NCBI GenBank assembly: GCA_051872395.1
Contig: JBJEDU010000032.1
Location: 502 to 64,501 of the forward strand
DNA from: Bacilli bacterium
Lineage (GTDB): Bacteria > Bacillota_I > Bacilli_A > RFN20 > CAG-826
DNA length: 64,000 nt
Direction of reading: 5' to 3'
Shown here one piece after another: positions 49,905 through 57,959 of this stretch. The number at the start of each line of letters is the position of its first letter. Position 1 is the first letter of the stretch. Both the position numbers and the translations under genes were made by a program. The notes under the pieces were generated by a model. That model had not been told where the DNA came from and ran no database searches. It saw only the letters and a program-made list of their open reading frames with translations.

Positions 49905-52555
49905 AGAAAATTTTAGGGCAAACCTATATTTGGATCATTTTACTTTTAATGTATCTTCCTATTTTAGTTTTAATTGCTTTTTCATTTACTGAAGCAACAA
50001 ATGTCGGTGAATGGACTGGATTTACTTTTAATCTTTATACTCGTTTATTTCAAAGTAAAGAGATTATGACAGCGCTTGGAAACACTTTGATTATCGCTTT
50101 ATTAAGTGCGATAATTTCTGTTTTATTAGGTACTTCTGGTGCTATCGGAGCTTTCTATAGCAAAAAACATACAAAAAACACTATTGATACTGTTACTCAA
50201 ATTCCTGTTGTTAACGCTGAAATTGTTATGGCTTTATCTTTAACTGTTATGTTCGTTTTCTTAGGAAGCGTAGTTTTTAAACAAAATTTATTTGGATTTT
50301 GGACTCTTTTAATCGGTCATGTTGTTTTATCGGTTCCTTTCGTTTATATTTCCGTGAAACCAAAATTACAACAAATGGATCCAAGTTTATATGAAGCAGC
50401 AATTGATTTAGGTGCTACTCCACATAAAGCACTTTGGAAAGTCATTATTCCAGAAATTATTCCAGGAATTGTTTCGGGATTTTTACTTGCTATTACATTA
50501 TCTCTCGATGATTTTATTATTACCGCATTCACTCGTGGTAGTGGTCTATTAAATGGTGAAGGAACGATTGAAACGCTTTCAACTTTAGTTCAAGCCAAAA
50601 TTAAAAAAGGACCTATTCCTCCAGAAATGAGAGCGTTAACTACTTTCATCTTTTTAGCGGTTTTAATTGTTGTTATTGTTATTTCCATTAGAAAATATCA
50701 ACAAGAAAAGAAATTGCACGATCCAAAAAATAAAGAAAAAGTTAAAAAAGTTAAATATTTTGGTATTTTCTTATTTTTAGGTGCTTGCTGTTTAACTTCT
50801 TGTTCACCAACGAATTCTTCTTCCTCTCAAACTTTGAGATTATTAAACTGGGAAGATTATATTTATGAACAAGATATTTCTAACGGATATGAAAAAGAAG
50901 ATTTAATCGATCAATTTGTTTCATATGTAAAAGAAAATTATCCTCAATATCAAAATGTTAAAGTCATTTATGATACCACTGATACAAACGAAACAATGTT
51001 CAATGAATTACAAACAGGTAAATCAAAATATGATTTAATTTGTCCAAGTGATTACATGATTCAAAAATTAGTTTCTAATAAAATGTTAGAAAAATTAGAT
51101 AGAAACTTAATTCCTAATTATGAGCAATATGCTTCTAGTCAATTAAAAACAACTCTCGATCAAATATCCGCTCCAATTCTTGATAAAGACGGAAATAAGA
51201 CCGGAGAATATGAACTATTAGAAGATTACGCTGTCGGTTATATGTGGGGAACTTTAGGTTTATTATTTAACCCATCATTTTCCAAATTAAAAGTAGAAGA
51301 AGAACAAATGTTTGAAGATGTGCGTTCTTGGTCTATTTTATGGGATTCAACATATAAAGGTATGATGTCAATTAAAGATAGTATGAGAGATACTTATGCC
51401 GCAGCACTTATGTATACTTATGATGATGAATTGACTGAATTACGTAATCGTTATTTAAATAACGAAATCACAAGTACTGAATATAACGCTAGTCTTTCTA
51501 CAATATTCAATCGTTGTGAAGACGAAAATATTAAAGAAGTAAATGAATCACTAAATGAACTCAAAAAGAATATTTTCGGAATGGAAGTCGATTCAGGAAA
51601 AGAAGACATTGTTACTCGAAAAATTGGTATTAATTTAGCGTGGAGTGGCGATGCTGTTTATTCTATCGCCCAAGCTCATGATGATACCTTAGTTAGTGAG
51701 ACATTCGATTTATATTATTCATTACCAGAAAATGGTGGAAACATCTGGTTTGATGGTTGGGTCATGCCAAAATTAGGTGAAGGAGAAAGAAGTCAAGAAC
51801 AATACGAATTAGCGCATATTTTCTTAGATTTTATTTCCAATCCTGAAAACGCTAGCCAAAACATGGATTACATTGGTTATACTCCATTTATTGCTGGTGA
51901 TTCCATTATAGATCTCGTTAGAGATTGGTATGATTATCGTTGCGATGTCATCTATTTACGAGATGAAGAAGAGGAAGAATATTACGAAGATGTTGTCTAT
52001 ATCGACCCTGTCAGCGGAGATGAATTGAGTGTCGATTATAACGATGTTCATTTCATTGAAGATAGTGATCCTCTTTATGATGACGTTGAATTAATTGGTA
52101 TTTACCTCGATGAAAATGAAGAGGAAGTCCGTGAGACTCTCGATGAAACTTTCAATGAAAGACTCATATTACCTGATGATATTGAAGAAGTTGATTTATC
52201 ATATTTCTTCAATGGAACATTAGATGAATATGAAGATGGTGTCGATACAATTTTCTATTCTGATTGTTATCATTCAATTTTCAATGAAGATGGAACAAGA
52301 AATATTTGTGTCGGTCAAGAATTTTTCACTCAATATCCTGACGAAGAATGCATCATTAGATGTGCAGTTATGGAAGATTATGGAAAACAAAATGGTGCAA
52401 TTTTAAAAATGTGGGAGAATTTCAAAAGCGACCCATTACCAGTTTGGGCAATCATTTTATTCTCATCTGAAATCGTCATTTTATTCGGTGGTGTGTTATA
52501 TTTTTACATCAGAAAGAGAGTGAAAGTAAACTTGAGAACAAATAGAAAGAATTGA
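49898..52555 (+). CDS. potCD: Fusion of a PotC permease to a PotD polyamine-binding domain (885 aa)
   Basis: The N-terminal roughly 280 aa is a 6-TM permease with the EAA loop YEAAIDLGATPHKALW. An internal lipobox-like LGACCLTSC follows, then PotD-like motifs (LRLLNWEDY, YDLICPSDYM, VGYMWGTLGLLFNP, IWFDGWVMPK). There is an acidic insert and a C-terminal TM helix. Confidence 0.8.
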   Translation: MVKKILGQTYIWIILLLMYLPILVLIAFSFTEATNVGEWTGFTFNLYTRLFQSKEIMTALGNTLIIALLSAIISVLLGTSGAIGAFYSKKHTKNTIDTVTQIPVVNAEIVMALSLTVMFVFLGSVVFKQNLFGFWTLLIGHVVLSVPFVYISVKPKLQQMDPSLYEAAIDLGATPHKALWKVIIPEIIPGIVSGFLLAITLSLDDFIITAFTRGSGLLNGEGTIETLSTLVQAKIKKGPIPPEMRALTTFIFLAVLIVVIVISIRKYQQEKKLHDPKNKEKVKKVKYFGIFLFLGACCLTSCSPTNSSSSQTLRLLNWEDYIYEQDISNGYEKEDLIDQFVSYVKENYPQYQNVKVIYDTTDTNETMFNELQTGKSKYDLICPSDYMIQKLVSNKMLEKLDRNLIPNYEQYASSQLKTTLDQISAPILDKDGNKTGEYELLEDYAVGYMWGTLGLLFNPSFSKLKVEEEQMFEDVRSWSILWDSTYKGMMSIKDSMRDTYAAALMYTYDDELTELRNRYLNNEITSTEYNASLSTIFNRCEDENIKEVNESLNELKKNIFGMEVDSGKEDIVTRKIGINLAWSGDAVYSIAQAHDDTLVSETFDLYYSLPENGGNIWFDGWVMPKLGEGERSQEQYELAHIFLDFISNPENASQNMDYIGYTPFIAGDSIIDLVRDWYDYRCDVIYLRDEEEEEYYEDVVYIDPVSGDELSVDYNDVHFIEDSDPLYDDVELIGIYLDENEEEVRETLDETFNERLILPDDIEEVDLSYFFNGTLDEYEDGVDTIFYSDCYHSIFNEDGTRNICVGQEFFTQYPDEECIIRCAVMEDYGKQNGAILKMWENFKSDPLPVWAIILFSSEIVILFGGVLYFYIRKRVKVNLRTNRKN

Positions 52556-52592
52556 AATACATAAATAATTGTAAAGATATATCTTTTTGTTC

Positions 52593-52622
52593 TTGTTTTA
52601 AAAAATAATATAGTGTTATAAT
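52593..52622 (+). promoter_or_regulatory. Putative promoter of the 7-tRNA operon
   Basis: TTGTTT, an 18-nt spacer, then TGTTATAAT (TG-extended −10). Confidence 0.45.
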
Positions 52623-52623
52623 A

Positions 52624-52727
52624 ACAAACGCTATGCATGGTTCCTTAGCCAAGTTGGTAAGGCAGTTGACTGCAACTCAACGAGCATCGGTTCGAATCCG
52701 GTAGGAACCTCCAAACATAGCGTTTGT
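52624..52727. repeat. Perfect 12-bp inverted repeat bracketing tRNA-Cys
   Basis: ACAAACGCTATG (52624–52635) and CATAGCGTTTGT (52716–52727) can form a long-range stem enclosing the tRNA. Confidence 0.7.
52639..52713 (+). tRNA. tRNA-Cys (anticodon GCA)
   Basis: Anticodon loop CUGCAAC, U73 discriminator, encoded CCA. Confidence 0.85.
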
Positions 52728-52734
52728 GATTATT

Positions 52735-52811
52735 GCGCCTTTAGCTCAACTGGATAGAGTGTCAGACTACGAATCTGGAGGTTGCGAGTTCGATTCTTGC
52801 AAGGCGCGCCA
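52735..52811 (+). tRNA. tRNA-Arg (anticodon ACG)
   Basis: Anticodon loop CUACGAA, encoded CCA. Confidence 0.9.
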
Positions 52812-52821
52812 ATTAATTTAT

Positions 52822-52899
52822 CGGGATGTAGCGTAGCTTGGTTATCGCGTCTGCTTTGGGAGCAGGAGGTCGTGAGTTCGAATCTCACCATCCCGACCA
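52822..52899 (+). tRNA. tRNA-Pro (anticodon TGG)
   Basis: CGGGAUG acceptor, anticodon loop UUUGGGA, encoded CCA. Confidence 0.85.
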
Positions 52900-52909
52900 T
52901 TATTTATTT

Positions 52910-52985
52910 GGGGCTATAGCTCAGTTGGAAGAGCGTCTGATTTGCATTCAGAAGGTCGAGAGTTCGAATCTCTTTAGCTCCACCA
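52910..52985 (+). tRNA. tRNA-Ala (anticodon TGC)
   Basis: GGGGCUA acceptor with the G3:U70 identity pair, anticodon loop UUUGCAU, encoded CCA. Confidence 0.9.
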
Positions 52986-52996
52986 AAAATGTATAT

Positions 52997-53073
52997 GGCT
53001 GCGTAGCTCAGTTGGCTAGAGCGTTCGGTTCATACCCGATAGGTCGAGAGTTCAAGTCTCCCCGCAGCTACCA
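52997..53073 (+). tRNA. tRNA-Met elongator (anticodon CAT)
   Basis: Anticodon arm UCGGUUCAUACCCGA and overall architecture match Firmicute elongator tRNA-Met. Encoded CCA. Confidence 0.75.
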
Positions 53074-53081
53074 TTTATTTT

Positions 53082-53158
53082 GGACCACTAGCTCAATTGG
53101 TCAGAGCATCTGGCTCATAACCGGCTGGTTTCGGGTTCAAGTCCTGAGTGGTCCACCA
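53082..53158 (+). tRNA. tRNA with CAT anticodon, probably tRNA-Ile2 (lysidine-modified)
   Basis: The GGACC...GGUCCACCA acceptor and CUCAUAA loop resemble Bacillus tRNA-Ile(CAU). It is not initiator-like: there is no C1xA72 mismatch and a U:G pair sits in the anticodon stem. Confidence 0.6.
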
Positions 53159-53161
53159 ATC

Positions 53162-53251
53162 GGAGGTGTACCCAAGTGGTTGAAGGGGTTGGTCTTGAAA
53201 ACCAATAGGGGCGAGTAACCCGCTAGAGTTCGAATCTCTATACCTCCGCCA
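53162..53251 (+). tRNA. tRNA-Ser (anticodon TGA)
   Basis: Long variable arm, anticodon loop CUUGAAA, G73, encoded CCA. Confidence 0.85.
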
Positions 53252-53358
53252 TATTAAATGAAATGTCCCCCATTTTTTTCCTAAATAAGGTAAGAAATGG
53301 TGGATTTTTTATTTTCCATAACAATTTTATATATAAATATAGTAAAATTATCTTAATT

Positions 53359-54207
53359 ATGAACGACTTACAAAAATGCCAATTAAATATTTTAAAACAA
53401 TTTATTAGAGTGTGTGATAAATACAATCTTCGTTATTTTTTAGTGGGTGGTTCTTGTTTAGGCGCGATACGACATCAAGGTTTTATTCCTTGGGATGATG
53501 ATATTGATGTTGGAATGCCAAGAGAAGATTTTGAAAAATATATTACTTTGCAAAAAGAATATGAAGGGACAAATTTCTTCATTCAAACATATAAATCAGA
53601 TCCTTGTTATATTTATAATTACGCTAAATTGCGTGATAGTGGAACGACATACATTGAAAATATTTACAAATATCATCGAATTAATCATGGTGTATGGATT
53701 GATATTTTTCCAATTGATGCTTTCGTAAATAAAATTATGCCGAGAGAAAAATATGCAAAAAGTGTGAAATTTGTGTGGTGGAATGTCTATTTGTCTTATT
53801 TACCGGCTTTACGAAGAAAAGTTCATAAACGAACATTTTTTAAAGATATTGGTTTGAATATTATTGCAGGTTTATCTTATATTTTTGATATCAATCATTT
53901 TAGAAACAAAAGAATTGATAAATATACTCAAAAATATAATAATTCTGATTCAAAAATGTATGGTAATCACTTCGGTTTTAACGTTAAAAAAGAAGCGATG
54001 GATAAACAAATATTCTTTGAGTATATCAAAGTGAAATTTGAGGATATTGAAGCAAATGTTCCAAAACAATATGATACATATTTAACTAATCTTTATGGAG
54101 ATTATATGAAATTTCCTCCAATAGAAAAACAAGTTGGACATCATTTGAATAAAGGATTTTCTTTGTCTATTGGATATGAGCAATATATTAAAGAACACAA
54201 AATCTAA
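53359..54207 (+). CDS. LicD-family phosphotransferase (phosphocholine / ribitol-phosphate transferase type)
   Basis: LicD motif YFLVGGSCLGAIRHQGFIPWDDDIDVGMPRED. ATG 53359 is the probable start, because the listed upstream start at 53263 overlaps the tRNA-Ser flank. Confidence 0.8.
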   Translation: MNDLQKCQLNILKQFIRVCDKYNLRYFLVGGSCLGAIRHQGFIPWDDDIDVGMPREDFEKYITLQKEYEGTNFFIQTYKSDPCYIYNYAKLRDSGTTYIENIYKYHRINHGVWIDIFPIDAFVNKIMPREKYAKSVKFVWWNVYLSYLPALRRKVHKRTFFKDIGLNIIAGLSYIFDINHFRNKRIDKYTQKYNNSDSKMYGNHFGFNVKKEAMDKQIFFEYIKVKFEDIEANVPKQYDTYLTNLYGDYMKFPPIEKQVGHHLNKGFSLSIGYEQYIKEHKI

Positions 54208-54225
54208 ACAGGAGTTATTTTTATT

Positions 54226-54936
54226 ATGAATTATGCGTTGATTTTAGCCGCAGGAACTGGCTCAAGAATGGGAAATACTGATAAACCAAAACAGTTTCTT
54301 CCAATTTATGGAAAACCTTTGGTGGTTCATACTGTTGAAGCTTTTGAAATGCATGAAGAAATCGAAGGAATTGTCATCGCGACCAATGAAGCGTATGTTG
54401 ACCAAGTAAAAGTTTGGTGTAAACAATATGATTTAAGCAAAGTTAAAGCAGTAGTGGCAGGTAGTGATTCTCGTCAAAAGAGTGTTTTTAATGGATTAAT
54501 GGCTTTAAAGAAATTTGTTAATGATGATGATATCCTTTTAATTCATGACGCTGCTAGACCACTGATTTCATCAAAAATAATTTCTGATAATATCAAAGAA
54601 TGTCAAATTTCTGATGCTGTCGATACAGTTATTAAAGCATCAGATACCATCATTTGTAGTAAAGATGATAAAACAATCGATAATATTCCAAATAGAAGCG
54701 AATTATATCAAGGTCAAACTCCTCAAACATTTAAATTTTCATTAATTATAAAAGCTCATGAGATGGCAATGAATAATGTTGTTAATAATGTTACTGATGA
54801 CGCAAAATTAGTTTTATCTCTTGGTTATAAAGTTTCTCTTGTTGAAGGAAGTAAACAAAATTTTAAAGTGACAACTTTCGATGATTTAATGATGCTAAAA
54901 GCGCTTTTGAAAATCGGAAAAACTGAGGTTTTATAA
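54226..54936 (+). CDS. tarI: Ribitol-5-phosphate cytidylyltransferase (TarI / IspD family)
   Basis: Motif ILAAGTGSRMGNTDKPKQFLPIYGKPLV. RBS AGGAG is upstream. It is followed directly by a TarJ-like reductase. Confidence 0.8.
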   Translation: MNYALILAAGTGSRMGNTDKPKQFLPIYGKPLVVHTVEAFEMHEEIEGIVIATNEAYVDQVKVWCKQYDLSKVKAVVAGSDSRQKSVFNGLMALKKFVNDDDILLIHDAARPLISSKIISDNIKECQISDAVDTVIKASDTIICSKDDKTIDNIPNRSELYQGQTPQTFKFSLIIKAHEMAMNNVVNNVTDDAKLVLSLGYKVSLVEGSKQNFKVTTFDDLMMLKALLKIGKTEVL

Positions 54937-55976
54937 TGTTTACAAATATATATAAAGTAACTTCTCCAGGTGTCATAGAAGAATTTGTTGATACAGTCGA
55001 TATTGAAAATAAAGTTGTCGTTAAGATTGATACGATGGCTATTTGCAAAGCTGATATCAGATATTATAAAGGCGATAGAGATCCTTTTGTCTTAGAACAT
55101 AAATACCCTTTAGCTCCTATTCATGAGGCTGTTGGTGTAGTTATTAAAGACCCAACAAATACCTTTAAAAGTGGTGATAAAGTAATTCTTGTGCCTAATT
55201 CAATAGAATTCGATGAAGAAATTAAAAAAGAAAAAAATCGAAGAATGTTAAGAAAAGATTTGGGTGAAAATTACTGTCAAAACGCTATATTTAGAAGCTC
55301 TAACGCTGATGGATTTTTAAGACAATACTATTCTTGTGAGCCTTCTCAACTTGTTAAATATGATGATTCTGTCGAATCAAAATATGCGGTATTTTCTGAA
55401 CTTTTATCCGTTTCGAATGCAGCGATTAGAAGGATAGATTTTTCTTCTGTCAATAAATTGGCAATATTTGGTGATGGAATAATGGGATATATGACATATG
55501 TCATGATTATTTCTTCCCATCCTGAAGTTGATTTAACTGTCTTTGGCACTAATAAAGATAAATTAGCGTTATTTAAAAAGGCTAAAACATTTTTAACAAA
55601 CGAATTTAATGGTGAACAATTCGATACACTTATCGAATGTGTCGGTGGAGCGTTTCAAGAAAATGTTATTGACTCAATGATTTCTTTTTCAATTGTTGGC
55701 GCGGATTTGATTCTTATGGGTGTCAGCGAAAATAAAGTTAAAATTAATACGAGAAAAATATTAGAAAAAGGACTTTCACTTAAAGGAGTAACTAGAAGTT
55801 CAAAAGAAGATTTTGTTCTCGTTAGCGAATTTTTGAATAAAAGCGAATTTGTTGATTTATTGAAACCTTTAGTTATTTCTATTAATCAAATCAATAATTT
55901 AAACGATATTTATAATTGTTTTACCAAAGAAATTGATAATAAAACAGTTGTTGGTAAAAATTTATTAATTTGGTAA
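54936..55976 (+). CDS. tarJ: Zinc-type alcohol dehydrogenase (TarJ-like ribulose-5-phosphate reductase)
   Basis: MDR-family ADH fold (ICKADIRYYKGDR, GHEAVG-like PIHEAVGVV, GxGxxG-like FGDGIMG). Its start overlaps the tarI stop (ATAATG). Confidence 0.7.
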   Translation: MFTNIYKVTSPGVIEEFVDTVDIENKVVVKIDTMAICKADIRYYKGDRDPFVLEHKYPLAPIHEAVGVVIKDPTNTFKSGDKVILVPNSIEFDEEIKKEKNRRMLRKDLGENYCQNAIFRSSNADGFLRQYYSCEPSQLVKYDDSVESKYAVFSELLSVSNAAIRRIDFSSVNKLAIFGDGIMGYMTYVMIISSHPEVDLTVFGTNKDKLALFKKAKTFLTNEFNGEQFDTLIECVGGAFQENVIDSMISFSIVGADLILMGVSENKVKINTRKILEKGLSLKGVTRSSKEDFVLVSEFLNKSEFVDLLKPLVISINQINNLNDIYNCFTKEIDNKTVVGKNLLIW

Positions 55977-56029
55977 TTTTAATATTTAATTAATATTAAT
56001 AAATGGTAAAATAAAAAAGCGAGGAAATT

Positions 56030-56473
56030 ATGCCAAACTGTAAAAATTGTGGTGCGAGAATTACAAAATTTGATAGTGATATTTGTCCAGTATGTGGTTA
56101 TAAACATCCTATTGATCGTAATGGCGAAGAAACTAGTGATATTACTAGCAGTTTTAATTTGCCAGAAAATTCCTCAATTAAAGTTAAACAAAAGAAAAGA
56201 ATTGTTACTTTTTTATTAAGTGCTTTGCTTGGATTTACCGGTTTACCATTTTTTTACCTTGGATATAAAAAACAAGGTATTATCTCATTAATTTGTAATG
56301 TTTTATACATCGCAGTTGTTGGAATCATTTTAACTTTTGTTGCTAATTTTGATCCATTAGTTGCTTTTTTACTCATCGCTTTATTATCTAATTATATTAT
56401 CAATATCATTATCGGTTTTATCTTTTTGTTCAAACATAATTTAAAAGATAAATCGGGCTTATTTTTGTCTTAA
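56030..56473 (+). CDS. Zinc-ribbon + TM2-domain membrane protein
   Basis: N-terminal CKNCG...CPVCG zinc ribbon. TM2-domain signature LLGFTGLPFFYLGYKKQG. Confidence 0.65.
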   Translation: MPNCKNCGARITKFDSDICPVCGYKHPIDRNGEETSDITSSFNLPENSSIKVKQKKRIVTFLLSALLGFTGLPFFYLGYKKQGIISLICNVLYIAVVGIILTFVANFDPLVAFLLIALLSNYIINIIIGFIFLFKHNLKDKSGLFLS

Positions 56474-56474
56474 A

Positions 56475-57206
56475 ATGCAACGTTATTTTGCTTCTTTAAA
56501 TAATAATAAAATTGTTCTTTCCACCGATGATGTTCATCATCTTTTAAATGTGATGAGAATGAAAGTTAATGAGCATATTGAAGTGGTTATTAATGGAGTT
56601 TCTTATCTTTGCAATATTGATTCTATAAATCCTTTAAATATTTCGATTATTTCAAAAATTGATAGAAATAGTGAATTGAATATTGATGTTAATTTGATAT
56701 TATGTTTACCCAAAGGTGACAAAATCGATTTAATTATTCAAAAAGCAGTGGAGCTTGGTGCAAATAAAATTATTTTTGTTCATTCTAAAAGGTCAATTAA
56801 TAAAATGACAAATGATGATTTAAATAGAAAAATGGTTCGTTATAACAAAATTATTAAAGAAGCAAGTGAACAGTGTAATAGAAACTCATTGATGAAAATC
56901 GAAGGAATTTATCAAATAAAAGAATTAGATAACATAACCAAAGATTGTTTAAATTTAGTAGCGTATGAGGGTTTATGTGGAAAAACTGGTCAAATTAGTA
57001 ATTTATTAAAAAATAATAATAAACCAATCAACATTATTATTGGACCAGAAGGTGGATTTGAAGAGGATGAAATTTCTCTTTTAGATAATTTAGGATTTCA
57101 TCAAGTTTCTTTAGGAAAAAGAATTCTTCGATTAGAAACCGCAGTATTTTATTCATTAAGTGTGATAGGATATATTTTAGAAAATTATGAAAAAGAAATT
57201 ATTTGA
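56475..57206 (+). CDS. rsmE: 16S rRNA (uracil1498-N3)-methyltransferase RsmE
   Basis: MQRYF N-terminus, PUA-like N-domain and a C-terminal SPOUT fold (IIIGPEGGFEEDE). Confidence 0.85.
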   Translation: MQRYFASLNNNKIVLSTDDVHHLLNVMRMKVNEHIEVVINGVSYLCNIDSINPLNISIISKIDRNSELNIDVNLILCLPKGDKIDLIIQKAVELGANKIIFVHSKRSINKMTNDDLNRKMVRYNKIIKEASEQCNRNSLMKIEGIYQIKELDNITKDCLNLVAYEGLCGKTGQISNLLKNNNKPINIIIGPEGGFEEDEISLLDNLGFHQVSLGKRILRLETAVFYSLSVIGYILENYEKEII

Positions 57207-57957
57207 ATTATTAGAAAGTAAAAGAAAATATAAGAATTCATTCCATGAAACAGAAGAATTTGCCTTCTTTTTAGCTAACAAATCGGTTTTAAAGAAGATC
57301 GCAAAGTTCTCTTTTCTTTCTTTAGCGACGAATGAATTCGATATTTTAAGAGCGAATATTATTATTAAATCTTATTTTAATAAACTAAAAATTGAAGAAG
57401 AAATTTCTAATGTTACAAATCTAATTGTCGATAATAAAATTATTGATAATGACGAATTTTCTACTAATTTGCTATCGAAAATTAGTGATTTACCTTATTT
57501 ATTAGATGGTAATAACAAAATTTACATTACTTTCTTTTCTCGACCAATAAATAATATTTATTTATTCGAACCAACTAAAATATTAGAAAAACCATATTCT
57601 TATTTAGTTACCTTATTTGATGAACTCGTCATTGATTCTTTCGATTATTATGGCAATAATATTTTTTCTTCAAATTTTGTTGATTTAGAAAAAGTTTGGA
57701 CCAACGGAAAAGAAACAGCGTTTTTCTTTAAGAAAACAAACAATATTTTCCTTGTTGATTCCCAAGGAAGATTAGATTTAGCGCTTCCTTTATTTGATAA
57801 ATATATGAATAAAATCTCTTTAGAAAATATCGAACAAAGAATCGCGAAAGTTATTGAAGCATATTACGATAATTCTAAAGCGCTTTTTATCGATGAATTG
57901 TTTAATAATAACTTCATTTCATCGAGAATGTACGGAATATTAAAAAAACATAAATAA
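57187..57957 (+). CDS. Hypothetical protein (256 aa) inserted between rsmE and mtaB
   Basis: ORF overlapping the rsmE 3' end by 20 nt. No recognisable motifs. Confidence 0.45.
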   Translation: MKKKLFELLESKRKYKNSFHETEEFAFFLANKSVLKKIAKFSFLSLATNEFDILRANIIIKSYFNKLKIEEEISNVTNLIVDNKIIDNDEFSTNLLSKISDLPYLLDGNNKIYITFFSRPINNIYLFEPTKILEKPYSYLVTLFDELVIDSFDYYGNNIFSSNFVDLEKVWTNGKETAFFFKKTNNIFLVDSQGRLDLALPLFDKYMNKISLENIEQRIAKVIEAYYDNSKALFIDELFNNNFISSRMYGILKKHK

Positions 57958-57959
57958 AA

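Noticed and set aside
52838-53218. 126-aa ORF on the + strand
   Set aside because: It spans tRNA-Pro, tRNA-Ala, tRNA-Met, tRNA-Ile2 and tRNA-Ser. The GC-richer tRNA sequence simply lacks stops.
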